Counted from the stretch's first letter, positions 53,740 through 63,300 are shown. The stretch: 64,000 bases of DNA from Actinomycetes bacterium (GCA_021798745.1 JAJZBW010000001.1:1188-65187), one strand, 5' to 3'. Notes: a model not told the origin generated them from the letters alone. Numbers and translations are program-made.

Positions 53740-54843
53740 TCAGGAGCGGAGCAGGACCCGCGTGCCGACGGGGACGAGCTCGACCCACGTCCGGCCCGGG
53801 GCGAGCGCCACGGCGGCGCCGGACGCGTCCGTGAACGTCGTCGGGTCCGACGCGGCGGGGCGGTGCCAGGTCACCGCGACGGACCTCTCGTCGCGGAGCA
53901 CGTAGCCCGTCCCGCTGCCGGTCGTCTGGCTCTCCACGTCGCCCGTGCTTCCCGGGCTCTCCACGTACGGGCCGAAGCTGTAGTGGACGACCTCCACGAC
54001 GACGTTCGTCGCGGTGACCGGCTTGCCCGTCGCGGCGTCGACGTCGGGTACGCCGGAGTACGTGTGGAGCCACCCGTGCGCAGCGGAGTCCCACTTCCAC
54101 ACGACGTCGGTCCCGTAGGAGAAGTCGATCTCGACGGACGTCGTCGGTCGCGCCGAGCGCGGCGGCGAGCTCGAGAAGGTGAACACCGGCTTCGGCGGTC
54201 CAGTCGCCGTGCGGAACATCGAGTAGAGCGCGGACGTGCTCGTGTAGAGGTTGTCCGGAGGGACCCGGTCCGTCGTGCGCACGGCGGCCGCCTGGGCCCC
54301 CTCGAGGAGGTTCGCGGGGTGGAGCCACCCGAGCGACGTCACGGTCGCGACGTCGGGCTCGATCCCCCCGGCGAACGCGAGGATCGGGTGCCCGAACTCC
54401 GCCATGACGTGCCAGTCGACCCACCGGAGCGAGCGGGTCGGGCCGACGCTCGCGGCGTCGTCGCACTGGTACACGGCTATGTAGCGCATGACGAACCCCT
54501 CGGCCGGCGTGTCGAACACGACGTCGGCCGCGTCGAGCCCGCTCTGTGGGCGCGCCCCTTCGGGCTCGTTCCCCACCTTGATCGCGAGAGCCGGTCGGTC
54601 GGGGACGCCCCCGGGGGCCGGGAGGTCCGTGAGGGGGCAGCGCGGCACGGGCGGAGACGTCGTGGACGTCGTCGAGGTGGTCGTCGTCGGCGCGGGCTCA
54701 GGTGTGGCTCGCGGCGCTCCTGCCACGAGCGAGAGCGCGACGCCCGTCCCGGCGAGGATCGCGCCCCCGGCCAGCGTGGAGACCGCGCGACGCCGTCGTG
54801 CCTCGGGCGAGACCGTCCTCCGGTGCGCGCTCCGCCGAGCCAT
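53740..54843 (-). CDS. DUF3048-family secreted protein/lipoprotein (YerB-like)
   Basis: It has a signal/TM, a Thr/Pro-rich linker and then a DUF3048-type core (PALAIKVGNEPEGARPQSGLDAADVVFDTPAEGFVMRYIAVYQ). Confidence 0.8.
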   Translation of the reverse strand: MARRSAHRRTVSPEARRRRAVSTLAGGAILAGTGVALSLVAGAPRATPEPAPTTTTSTTSTTSPPVPRCPLTDLPAPGGVPDRPALAIKVGNEPEGARPQSGLDAADVVFDTPAEGFVMRYIAVYQCDDAASVGPTRSLRWVDWHVMAEFGHPILAFAGGIEPDVATVTSLGWLHPANLLEGAQAAAVRTTDRVPPDNLYTSTSALYSMFRTATGPPKPVFTFSSSPPRSARPTTSVEIDFSYGTDVVWKWDSAAHGWLHTYSGVPDVDAATGKPVTATNVVVEVVHYSFGPYVESPGSTGDVESQTTGSGTGYVLRDERSVAVTWHRPAASDPTTFTDASGAAVALAPGRTWVELVPVGTRVLLRS

Positions 54844-56590
54844 CCGGGTCAGGGTAGCCGGGGGCCAGCTGGCGGCGGCGCTCCGCCGCGAGGAAGCGGC
54901 CGATCACGGGAAGCTCCCAGAACGACTCGGCGCGTGCGATCGCGATCGCGATCGCGGGGAGGTGCGCCGGAGAGCGGTACACGACGTGCCGGGGGAGCCA
55001 GCGGGGGTGGTACTTCGCGGTGAACCGCCAGAGGGACTCGATCTGCATGGAGCGGGAGAGGCGGCGGAGCGCCGACCGGGCGAGGCGGTGCGCGAGCCCC
55101 TCGCCGTCCTCGCCCGCGACGACCGCGCGCAGGGCCGCGAAGTTGAGCGCGAGCGACTCCATACCTTCGGAGCGGAGGCGGTCGATCGTCGAGACGATCA
55201 CGAAGTCGACGAGCCCGTTCGGGTGGTCGCCGTCGTCGCGTCGCATGAGGTCGAGCGAGTACCCGCCGACGCCCGGAGCGGGGACGAACTGGCAGAAGGC
55301 GACGGGCTCGCCGTCGGGAGCGTGCGCGACCGCGAGGAGGAGACCCGTGTCCTCGGGGTCGAGGACGCGTCCGAGCGTCATCGAGAAGCCGCGCTCGCGC
55401 TCGCCGCGCCGGCTCTTCGCCATCACCCGGACGAGCGCAGACGAGAGCGAGGGGTCGCAGTCCCGAGGGTCGTGGAACGTGACCGTGTACCCGTGCCGTG
55501 CGATCCGGTTCACGGCCTGCCGGAGCCCCTTGCTCCTCCCGCCCCGCAGGTCGAAGTCCGCGAGGTCGACGATCGCCTCGTCTCCCACGTAGAGGTCGCG
55601 CAGCCCGGCCTCCCGGTAGGTGGCGAGCCACTCCTGTCCTGCGCCGAGCACCGCGACCGTCCAGCCCCGCGAGTCCGCGAACCGGGAGAAGCGCGCCCAG
55701 GCCCGCGCCCGGTCGCACGCGGGCCCGATCGGGTCCGGGGAGACGAGGCACACCCCTCCGTAGACCGCGTAGGTCACGAGCGTCTCGCCGTCGAAGAAGT
55801 GCTGCTTGTCGTCGCGGAGCGCGAAGTAGTCGAGCGTCCCGACCCCGTGCCGGGACACGAGGTCCCGCGCGCGGCGCCTCGACCCGTTCCCCGCGCCGCG
55901 CCGGCGCACGACGACCGGCCGCGACACGAGCGCGAGCGTGAGCGCCGCTAGCGCGAGCCCGGAGGCGAGAAGGCTCGGGGAGAGGAACTCGTCGAGGCGC
56001 TCGGGGAGGGGGATCGAGCGCACGCCGACGAGACGCTCGGTGACCGCCGCGATCGCCCGGGCGGGCGGGATCGGGAAGCGGTCGGGGTCTAGCGCCAGCC
56101 ACACCTCCACCGCGAGAGTCGCGAGAGCGGTCGTGAGCGCGAGGCCTGCGACGAGAGCGCGCGCGGCGAGCGCCTGCGAGGGACGGTCGACGGCCGTCGC
56201 GAAGGACCTCCGGTGCGCGACGAGCCAGGCGAGCGCCGCGGCGCAGAGGAGCGACCCGGCGACCTCCACGCCCTTCACGAGGTGGAGCACCGCCGCACCT
56301 CCGAGCAGCACGTTCGAGACGAGCCACGCCTGTCGCTGCCCGCGACGCACCCCGTGGGCGAGCGCGAGGAGCACGAGCGCGGCGAGCGCGCCGAGCGCGG
56401 CGGCGGCCTGGGACACGACGAGGGGCTCGAGCTCGAGCACCAGGTGGAGGCCGGTCCCGGTCGGAGGGGTCGTGGCGGACACGAGGTTCGCCGCACCCGC
56501 GACGAACACGAGCGCGGACGCGACCCGCCGGGTGCGCCGCAGGCGCGCGGCGTCGGCGATCCCCGCGGGTGCGTCGGACACGGCCGCCAA
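54698..56590 (-). CDS. MprF-like protein: N-terminal membrane domain plus a DUF2156/lysyl-PG-synthase-type C-terminal domain
   Basis: The C-terminal domain motifs are TLDYFALRDDKQHFF, GYSLDLMRR and ESLWRFTAKYHPRW. TTG or GTG starts lie at 56590/56581. The open frame runs 146 nt into the next gene. Confidence 0.8.
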   Translation of the reverse strand: MAAVSDAPAGIADAARLRRTRRVASALVFVAGAANLVSATTPPTGTGLHLVLELEPLVVSQAAAALGALAALVLLALAHGVRRGQRQAWLVSNVLLGGAAVLHLVKGVEVAGSLLCAAALAWLVAHRRSFATAVDRPSQALAARALVAGLALTTALATLAVEVWLALDPDRFPIPPARAIAAVTERLVGVRSIPLPERLDEFLSPSLLASGLALAALTLALVSRPVVVRRRGAGNGSRRRARDLVSRHGVGTLDYFALRDDKQHFFDGETLVTYAVYGGVCLVSPDPIGPACDRARAWARFSRFADSRGWTVAVLGAGQEWLATYREAGLRDLYVGDEAIVDLADFDLRGGRSKGLRQAVNRIARHGYTVTFHDPRDCDPSLSSALVRVMAKSRRGERERGFSMTLGRVLDPEDTGLLLAVAHAPDGEPVAFCQFVPAPGVGGYSLDLMRRDDGDHPNGLVDFVIVSTIDRLRSEGMESLALNFAALRAVVAGEDGEGLAHRLARSALRRLSRSMQIESLWRFTAKYHPRWLPRHVVYRSPAHLPAIAIAIARAESFWELPVIGRFLAAERRRQLAPGYPDPDGSAERAPEDGLARGTTASRGLHAGRGRDPRRDGRRALARGRSAASHT

Positions 56591-56685
56591 TCATCGCAGG
56601 TGCGCGGGCGCTCCGCGGGGCGGCGGTCGGCGTGCCGCGTCGGCCGAGGGTGGACGGGTCCGCCGCGGTCGGTCGCGCGCGGGCC

Positions 56686-57300
56686 ATGATCGTTCCCGTG
56701 CGCTCCGTATGTGTGTACTGCGGGTCCAACCCCGGCGGGCGTCCCGAGTACGCGCAGGGGGCCGTCGAGCTCGCGCGGGCGATCGTCGGTCGCGGGGCGC
56801 GCGTCGTCTACGGAGGTGCCCGGGTCGGGATGATGGGAGCGCTCGCGGACGCCGCGCTCGACGCGGGCGGAGAGGTCGTCGGGGTCATCCCCGACCACCT
56901 CGTCGGCGCGGAGGTCGCGCACGGGGGGTTGAGCGAGCTCCACGTCGTGCGGTCGATGCACGAGCGCAAGGCCCTCATGGCCGAGCTGTCCGACGGGTTC
57001 GTGGCCCCCCCGGGGGGGATCGGAACGCTCGAGGAGTTCGCCGAGGTAGCGACGTGGTCGAAGCTCGGGATCCACGCGAAGCCCACCGGGCTGCTGAACG
57101 TGCTCGGCTACTACGACCGCCTGCTCGGCTTCCTCGACCATGCGGTCTCGGAGCGGTTCCTGCGCGACGAGCACCGCCGGATGGTGATCTCGGAGCCTCG
57201 CCCCGACGCTCTCCTCGACGCGATGGACCGGTGGGTCCCGCCGACGGGCGCGCGCTGGCTCGACTCCGACGGTCGCGCCTACGACCCCGGGAGGCCGTGA
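56686..57300 (+). CDS. LOG-family (TIGR00730) nucleotide phosphoribohydrolase
   Basis: The motifs are VCVYCGS, YGGARVGMMGA and PGGIGTLEEF. Confidence 0.88.
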   Translation: MIVPVRSVCVYCGSNPGGRPEYAQGAVELARAIVGRGARVVYGGARVGMMGALADAALDAGGEVVGVIPDHLVGAEVAHGGLSELHVVRSMHERKALMAELSDGFVAPPGGIGTLEEFAEVATWSKLGIHAKPTGLLNVLGYYDRLLGFLDHAVSERFLRDEHRRMVISEPRPDALLDAMDRWVPPTGARWLDSDGRAYDPGRP

Positions 57301-58892
57301 GCCCGCGCGGACGTGGAGCGCGCGACGACCTCGTCGAGGTCGATCCCGAGGTCGCGGAGGATCACCCTCGCGGCGTTGCGTCCCGGGGCGCCCGACACCG
57401 ACCCCCCGGGGTGCGTGGTCGATCCCGTCTGGTACAGGCCCGGGATCGGCATCCGGTGCGTCGCCCATCCGGCGGCGGGTCGGAGCGCTCCGGACTGGGC
57501 GGGTCCCGAGTCCCCTCCGTGGCACGATCCGTGCCAGTTGTGCGCGTTCGCGCGCTCGAGGTCGAGCGGGCTGTGCACGCTCCTCGCGAGGATCGTCTCG
57601 TCCGTGAGGTCCGGGGAGTAGCGACGGAGGTGACGGAGGTGCGCGTCGGAGACCTCCTCGGCGATGTCGTCCCAGCGCGCGGCCCCTCCCTCGACGTCGT
57701 AGGGATGGAAGCCGACGACCTTGAGCACGTGCCTGGCCTCGGGCGCGCGGCTCGCGTCCACGGCCGTCGGGCAGAGGACGAGCAACGGCGGGTCGTCGAG
57801 GGCGACCCGGCCGCGACGGACGTCGACCTCGACGTCGCGCAGGCGCGACGTCGAGACGGGGATCCCGGACGCGAGCGGCCGCAGGGCGCCGCCCTCGCCC
57901 GGGTACTCGAGCGGGGCGGAGAGCGCGTAGTGGGTCACGAACATCCCGATCCCGGGCTTCCAGGAGTCGACCGAGTAGCGGAACGACTCGTCCCACAGCT
58001 CGGACGGTGCCATCTCGACGAGGTGCTTCACGTGGATCGTCGAGAGGACGGCCCGCGTCGCGTCGTAGCGGGCGCCGTGACCGGTCTCCACCCCGACGCA
58101 GCGCCCGTGCTCGAGCCGGAGCGCCACGACCGTCTCGCCCGTGCGGACCTCGCCTCCTGCGGCCTCGACGACCCGGACGAGCGCGGCGGGGAGCGCGCCC
58201 GACCCCCCGCGCGGGACGACCCAGCTGTGCTGCTGGCGACCGTAAACGAGGGAGTACGCGTTGAGCCCCGTCCCGGGCTGCTCGAGCGGCTGGACGGTCG
58301 TGAAGGCCATCCAGGCCATGAAGGCGCGGACGTGCTCCTCCTCGAAGGTCGCCGCGATCTCGTCCCACGCGCTCGCCGCCGCACGGCGCACCCACTTTGC
58401 CCCGTCGGGGGCCGCGAGGAGCGCGTCGGCGAGAGCGGGCCCCCATCCGATCGGCGTGTAGCGCCAGGCGCCGACCACCGGAGCGACCGCGGAGTACCGG
58501 TCGACGAGGTCACGGTACGCGTCGGCGTCCCGGCGCGAGAAGCGCGCGAGCTCCGCGCACGTGCGATCGAGCTCCCTCCACTGGGTGATCGAGGACCCGT
58601 CGGGGAACGGCACGTGCACGACGGGGTCCGGATAGAGGTACTCGAGCCCGAGGGCCGAGAGCCCGAGCTCGTCGCGGCGAAGCGTCGGGGAGGACTGGAT
58701 GAGGTTGTGGGACGTCGAGCAGCTGTCGTGGAGGAAGCCCGGGAGCGTGAGCTCCTCGGTCGCCGTGTCCCCGCCGGCGACGGCCCGCGCGTCCACGACC
58801 AGGCAGCGCATGCCCGCGGTCGAGAGATAGGCGGCGGCGATCAGGCTGTTGTGGCCGGCGCCTGCGACGACGACGTCGAACGCCTCGCTCAC
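57279..58892 (-). CDS. FAD/NAD(P)-dependent oxidoreductase, phytoene-desaturase (CrtI)-like family
   Basis: The start VSEAFDVVVAGAGHNSLIAAAYLSTAG carries a GxGxxG dinucleotide fold. A GTGA overlap joins it to the decarboxylase stop. It is 537 aa. Confidence 0.8.
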   Translation of the reverse strand: MSEAFDVVVAGAGHNSLIAAAYLSTAGMRCLVVDARAVAGGDTATEELTLPGFLHDSCSTSHNLIQSSPTLRRDELGLSALGLEYLYPDPVVHVPFPDGSSITQWRELDRTCAELARFSRRDADAYRDLVDRYSAVAPVVGAWRYTPIGWGPALADALLAAPDGAKWVRRAAASAWDEIAATFEEEHVRAFMAWMAFTTVQPLEQPGTGLNAYSLVYGRQQHSWVVPRGGSGALPAALVRVVEAAGGEVRTGETVVALRLEHGRCVGVETGHGARYDATRAVLSTIHVKHLVEMAPSELWDESFRYSVDSWKPGIGMFVTHYALSAPLEYPGEGGALRPLASGIPVSTSRLRDVEVDVRRGRVALDDPPLLVLCPTAVDASRAPEARHVLKVVGFHPYDVEGGAARWDDIAEEVSDAHLRHLRRYSPDLTDETILARSVHSPLDLERANAHNWHGSCHGGDSGPAQSGALRPAAGWATHRMPIPGLYQTGSTTHPGGSVSGAPGRNAARVILRDLGIDLDEVVARSTSARAHGLPGS

Positions 58893-60304
58893 CGGCCACC
58901 CTCGCGCGCGCCGCCGGAGCGGCGCACGGACGCGGCCGCTCGCGCGACCGCGTCGAGGGAGCGAGCGACGTCGCGGTCGTCCGTCGTCCAGTTGCTGACC
59001 GAGACGCGAAGCACCCGACGACCGCGCCAGAGGGACCCGGACATCCAGGTGATCCCGTCCGAGAGGATCCGGTCGGTCACCGCACGGGTCGTGTCGTCGT
59101 CGTCGAACGCGACGCACACCTGGGTGTAGACGACCTCGTTCTGCACCGCGGCCCCCTCGACGCGGCCGAGCCCCTCGGCGAGGGCGCGCGCGTTGCGGGC
59201 GAGCCCCTCGACGAGCCCCGCGACCCCGGAGCGACCGAGCGCGCGGAGGGCGGCCCACACCGGGACGCCCCGCGCGCGGCGCGAGAGCTCCGGGACGTGG
59301 TCGAGCGGGTCGCCGACGCCTGCGTCGTCCGCCACGAGGTAGCTCGCGTGCACCCCGAGGGCGCTGCGCATGACCGCCGGGTCCGCGACGATGGCGATCC
59401 CGCAGTCGTACGGGACGTTGAGGGTCTTGTGCGCGTCCGTGGCCCAGGAGTCGGCCCGCTCCATCCCGTCCGTGAGCGGGGCGAGCGAGGGGGAGGCGGC
59501 CGCCCACAGCCCGAACGCGCCGTCGACGTGGACCCACGCGTCCCGGGCGTGCGCGAGCTCGACCGCCTCGCGGAACGGGTCGAACGCGCCGGAGTGCAGG
59601 TTGCCCGCCTGGAGGCAAACGATCGTCGGGCCGTCTCCCGACGACAGAGCATCGTCGAGCGCGTCGAGTCGGATCCTTCCCTCCTCGTCGGCGGCGACGG
59701 CCGTCGGGGCGCCGAGTCCGAGGTAGCGGAGGGCGACGTCCACCGAGTCGTGCCGCTCCTCCCCGACGAGGACGCGGACCGCCGGTCCGCCCACGAGACC
59801 GTCGCGTGCCACGTCCCGGCCGGCACGCGCGAGGACGGCCGTCCTCGCCGACGCGAGGCACGAGAAGTTCGCCATCGTGGCTCCCGTGACGAACCCGACG
59901 CCCGACCCGGCGGGGAGACCGAGGAGCTCGAGCACCCATGCGCCTGCGGCCTCCTCCGCGGCAGCGCACGCCGGCGTCGCGTACCGCATGGCCGCGTTCT
60001 GGTCCCACGCGCTCACGAGCCAGTCGGCGGCGAGCGCCGCGGGGAGGGTCCCCCCGATGACCCATCCGAAGAACCGTCCCGAACCGAACGCCATGAGCCC
60101 GGGCTCGGCGAGCGCGGCCAGGAGGTCGACGACGTCCGACGCAGCGCTCGGGCCGTCGGGGAGCGGGCCCGCGAAGCCCGCCCGGAGGGCGTCCGCCGTC
60201 TCGCGAGGCGGGAGCGGGCGAGTGCCGACGGTCCCGAGCCAGGAGCGCGCGTGGGCGACCGCGCGTGCGAGCGCCTCGTCGTACGCGTCACGCTGCACCG
60301 ACAT
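58889..60304 (-). CDS. PLP-dependent group II (aromatic-amino-acid/glutamate-type) decarboxylase-like enzyme
   Basis: It starts MSVQRDAYDEAL. The PLP-lysine motif is SWATDAHKTLNVPYDCG. It is 471 aa. Confidence 0.8.
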   Translation of the reverse strand: MSVQRDAYDEALARAVAHARSWLGTVGTRPLPPRETADALRAGFAGPLPDGPSAASDVVDLLAALAEPGLMAFGSGRFFGWVIGGTLPAALAADWLVSAWDQNAAMRYATPACAAAEEAAGAWVLELLGLPAGSGVGFVTGATMANFSCLASARTAVLARAGRDVARDGLVGGPAVRVLVGEERHDSVDVALRYLGLGAPTAVAADEEGRIRLDALDDALSSGDGPTIVCLQAGNLHSGAFDPFREAVELAHARDAWVHVDGAFGLWAAASPSLAPLTDGMERADSWATDAHKTLNVPYDCGIAIVADPAVMRSALGVHASYLVADDAGVGDPLDHVPELSRRARGVPVWAALRALGRSGVAGLVEGLARNARALAEGLGRVEGAAVQNEVVYTQVCVAFDDDDTTRAVTDRILSDGITWMSGSLWRGRRVLRVSVSNWTTDDRDVARSLDAVARAAASVRRSGGAREGGR

Positions 60305-60603
60305 GTCCGACCCCCTCGTCGTGTCGTCGGGCGTGAGCCTTGCATCCGCCGTGCGCGTACGCCAGCGCGACGAGCGCCCTCGAGGGGTCGGCGAGCCCCG
60401 TGGGCCCGCGACCGCCCCGGCGGCCCGCTCGGAGCCGCGCGCCGGCAGGACGAGGTGGTCGTGCCCGAACGCGGCGGGCACGTCGCAGCGACGGCCTCGG
60501 AGACGAACCTCCCGCGTCGCATCCGGGGCGCGGGGGTCGGCCACTAGGGTCCTCCGGAGTCGCGTCCGTCACGCCCGCCCCCCCGGAGAGCACCCGACCG
60601 AGC

Positions 60604-61800
60604 ATGCCCGACCATCTCGCGACCGTCGACCCTCGGGTGCTCCGAAGATGGCGGAGGACGGTCACCGGAGCGTTCGCGCTCGGGGGGATCGCGACGTCCG
60701 CGTGGGGCCCCCGTCTCCCTGCGGTGAAGGCGGACCTTCGAATCGGGACCGCCACGATCGGGGTCGTCCTCGCCGGGGCGACCGCGGGCGCGCTCGGAGG
60801 ACTTCTCGCCGCGAGCCCGCTTCTCGGGCGATTCGGGAGCCGGCGGAGCGTCGCGGGCGCGCTCGTCGCCGTCGCGGCCTCCCTCGCGCTCGTCGGCGCC
60901 GGGCTCACGCTCGGCTCCCTCCCGCTCGTCGCCGCTGCCTTCGTCGTGGTGGGTGCGGGCATCGGGACGCTCGACGTCGCGATCAACGTGGAGGGGGCGG
61001 CCATCGAGCGCGCCTCGGGCCGCACTCGGATGCCGATGATGCACGCCGCATGGTCGATCGGGGTCGGAGTGGGCTCGGGGATCGGCGCCGCGTGCGCGGC
61101 GGCGGGCGTCGACCCCGCGGCGCAGTTCGCGGCAGAGGCGGCCGCCATCGCCCTCGTCGCGCTCGTGACTGCGTCGGGGATCCCGGCGGGGCGCCGAGCG
61201 GTGGCGGAGCTCGCCGTGCGGCGCTCCGCCCGTGTGCGACGCTGGCTGCGCGGCTGGCTGGACGGCCGGCTTCTCCTCATCGGGCTCGTCCTGTTCGGGG
61301 TGGAGCTCGGCGAGGGCTCCGCGAACAGCTGGCTCGCCCTCGCGGCGCGGGCCGGTCACGGCGAGCCCGTGGCGGTCGCGGCGGCGTTCCTCACGGTGTT
61401 CGCGGCCGGGGAGGCCCTCTCGCGGCTGTTCGGGGGGCCGGTCGTGGACCGGCTCGGACGGGTCGCGACCATCCGCGTCACGACCGCGCTCGGTGCCGTC
61501 GGGGTCGTGCTCTTCGTCGAGGGGAGCGGCCTCGTGGTCGCCCTCACCGGGGTCGTGCTGTGGTCGGTCGGGGTGTCGATGGGCTTCCCGCTCGGGATGT
61601 CCGCCGCGGCGGAGAGCGGGCCCGATCCCGCCTCACGAGTGAGCGTGGTCGCGTCCGTCGGCTACTTCGCGGGCCTGGCGGGCCCGCCGGTGGTCGGCGC
61701 CCTCGCGCAGGAGACGAGCCTGCTCCACGCGCTGCTCCTCGTCGCCGCGTCCCTGCTCGCGGCGTTCGCCGTCGCGGGCTCGCTGCGCACGCGCCGCTGA
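60604..61800 (+). CDS. MFS transporter
   Basis: It is 398 aa with about 12 TM segments. An MFS-like loop (GRFGSRR) is present. It is divergent from the decarboxylase operon. Confidence 0.8.
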   Translation: MPDHLATVDPRVLRRWRRTVTGAFALGGIATSAWGPRLPAVKADLRIGTATIGVVLAGATAGALGGLLAASPLLGRFGSRRSVAGALVAVAASLALVGAGLTLGSLPLVAAAFVVVGAGIGTLDVAINVEGAAIERASGRTRMPMMHAAWSIGVGVGSGIGAACAAAGVDPAAQFAAEAAAIALVALVTASGIPAGRRAVAELAVRRSARVRRWLRGWLDGRLLLIGLVLFGVELGEGSANSWLALAARAGHGEPVAVAAAFLTVFAAGEALSRLFGGPVVDRLGRVATIRVTTALGAVGVVLFVEGSGLVVALTGVVLWSVGVSMGFPLGMSAAAESGPDPASRVSVVASVGYFAGLAGPPVVGALAQETSLLHALLLVAASLLAAFAVAGSLRTRR

Positions 61801-61828
61801 GGGGCGGTGGGCGCCCGAGCGGGCCCTG

Positions 61829-61880
61829 CGGTGGTCGGGACCGGCGTCGATCCGGTGACCTCGCGCTTCTCATTCGCGCT
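61829..61880 (-). repeat. Duplicated 3' part of tRNA-Phe (att-type direct repeat); not a functional tRNA
   Basis: Positions 61829-61868 are identical to 63377-63416, covering the acceptor 3' strand, the T-arm and part of the anticodon stem. Similarity continues with mismatches to about 61880. No D-arm or 5' acceptor strand lies upstream. Confidence 0.85.
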
Positions 61881-61986
61881 GGGGTCGCGTCGCGCCGGCT
61901 CCTCGTGGACCATCAGGGACGTGCCATCGCAGGTGAAAGGCCATTCTTGAGGTGATGGACACGACCGAGAGCTGCCGGGATTGACC

Positions 61987-62022
61987 GTGGCGTGCCACCC
62001 GATGTGGCACGAAAGTGGCACG
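61987..62022. promoter_or_regulatory. Cluster of GTGGCACG-type motifs (GTGGCGTGCCAC inverted pair, then GTGGCACG twice)
   Basis: Read directly from the sequence, about 120-190 nt inside the left att repeat. They are candidate recombinase arm-type or Xis sites. Confidence 0.35.
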
Positions 62023-62134
62023 GTGCTCGGAGTCGGCGGCATGGCCTGCGAGCCCTCATGAGGGGCCTGCCCGCTTGCGGCCCGTTGCCAGGCCATCCGC
62101 GGGCGCGGTCGGATGAGCACAGCAACGTGCTCCT

Positions 62135-62545
62135 GTGAGCTCCGTCGAGCGGGCCTTCACCTCCGACGAGGTGACCCGGTTCACGAGCGTCAGCCGTCGG
62201 CGGCTGGCGCACTGGCTGGACAAGGGGGTCCTCAGCGCCGACGTCGACGAGGCGCGCGGTCGTGGGCGTGCGCGCCTCTGCTCCTTCGCCAACCTGGTGG
62301 AGGTTCGGGTTGCCCTCTGGCTGCGAGCGCACGTCTCCGTGCAGCTCCTCCGTGAGGTCGTTGCCGCCCTTCGACGGCGTGGCCTCGCCTATCCGCTCGC
62401 CGAGGTCAGCGCGGCCGTCGTCGACGGGCCGATTCGCTCCCGTGTGCCTGTCCTCATGGCGGACGGGTCGTGGGAGGAGCCGCTCACGGGACAGATCGTG
62501 ATGGAGCTCGTCGTCCCGGTCGGACAGCTGTCGGCGTTCAAGTAA
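62135..62545 (+). CDS. MerR-family/excisionase-like HTH DNA-binding protein
   Basis: It has a GTG start. The N-terminal HTH reads FTSDEVTRFTSVSRRRLAHWLDKGVL. It is 136 aa and lies inside the element relic. Confidence 0.6.
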   Translation: MSSVERAFTSDEVTRFTSVSRRRLAHWLDKGVLSADVDEARGRGRARLCSFANLVEVRVALWLRAHVSVQLLREVVAALRRRGLAYPLAEVSAAVVDGPIRSRVPVLMADGSWEEPLTGQIVMELVVPVGQLSAFK

Positions 62546-62704
62546 TCCCGCAGCTCAGCGGGTCGGCGTTCAAGCTATCCAGCACCTCGACGTTCACGTA
62601 ATCCCGCACTTTCGAGGCGGGGCATCCACCACCTCGGCTCCTTGATCAAGTAGCTGCTTCTCGTTCCCAAGCGAGAGGCACCGATGACAAGGAGAAGCTT
62701 CACC

Positions 62705-62912
62705 ATGATCGACATCGTCGAGATCCTCACGCACTGGCACGCCGGACGGAACAAGGCCGAGGTCGCCCGAAGCCTCGGGGTGGACCGGGGCACCGTCGCC
62801 AAGTACATCGCGAAGGCCGAGGCCGAGGGCTACGTGCCCGGCAGCGAGCCGCTCAGCCCCGAACGGTGGTCAACGCTCGTGCACGGCTGGTTCCCCGAGC
62901 TCGTCGACCTGT
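62705..62912 (+). pseudogene. Truncated IS21-family istA (N-terminal about 70 codons only)
   Basis: MIDIVEILTHWHAGRNKAEVARSLGVDRGTVAKYIAKAEAEGYVPG...WFPELVD is an IstA-type N-terminal HTH. Recognisable sequence stops at about 62912. Confidence 0.7.
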
Positions 62913-62928
62913 CCCGATGTCGGCATAG

Positions 62929-63063
62929 GTCGACGATGACGAGCTCGAAGCGGAGCAGCTGCTCGATCGTTCTTCCGACCGAGCTGTCGGCCGTCGCGCG
63001 ATAGAGCGTCTCGACGAGCTCGGCCGCGCAGAAGTAGCGGACGCGGATGCCCGCCTCGACCGC
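62929..63063 (-). pseudogene. Internal fragment of IS21-family istB (about 45 codons), inverted relative to the istA stub
   Basis: AVEAGIRVRYFCAAELVETLYRATADSSVGRTIEQLLRFELVIVD matches the IstB region between Walker A and Walker B. Confidence 0.65.
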
Positions 63064-63204
63064 GCGAGCCCGAGGGCGGCGATGATCTACCAGCACGCCG
63101 CCGACGACCGGGACCGGCTGATCGCCGACGGGCTCGATGCGATGGCGGCCGAGGCCGACCTCGCTCCGGTGGTCTCGCTGGAGGAGCGGTCGACACGCCG
63201 CTGA
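63064..63204 (+). pseudogene. C-terminal stub (about 47 codons) of a tyrosine recombinase/integrase
   Basis: ASPRAAMIYQHAADDRDRLIADGLDAM... matches the conserved integrase tail (the catalytic Tyr context ..IYQHA..DRD..IA). It ends at the TGA at 63202-63204, about 175 nt from the tRNA-Phe 3' end. Confidence 0.65.
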
Positions 63205-63300
63205 GGCGGCGGGGGCACCTGCCCGGGCCCCGACACCGACCGGCCGCTGGCCCGTGCGTGCCCTCAGAGGCCGCCGGCGACCGTGGCTGCCCGTTGCGCT

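Noticed and set aside
58893-60065. The N-terminal roughly 390 codons of the 928-aa ORF 57279..60065(-).
   Set aside because: This part overlaps the PLP-decarboxylase gene in another frame and is Arg/Gly-rich. The oxidoreductase clearly begins at the GxGxxG-bearing VSEAFDVVVAGAG (GTG at 58892).
61829-61905. A possible second, functional tRNA at the left att repeat.
   Set aside because: Only the 3' part (acceptor 3' strand, T-arm, part of the anticodon stem) is present. The sequence where the D-arm and 5' acceptor strand should be does not fold or match (no TAGCTCAG-type D-loop, no GGTCGGG).
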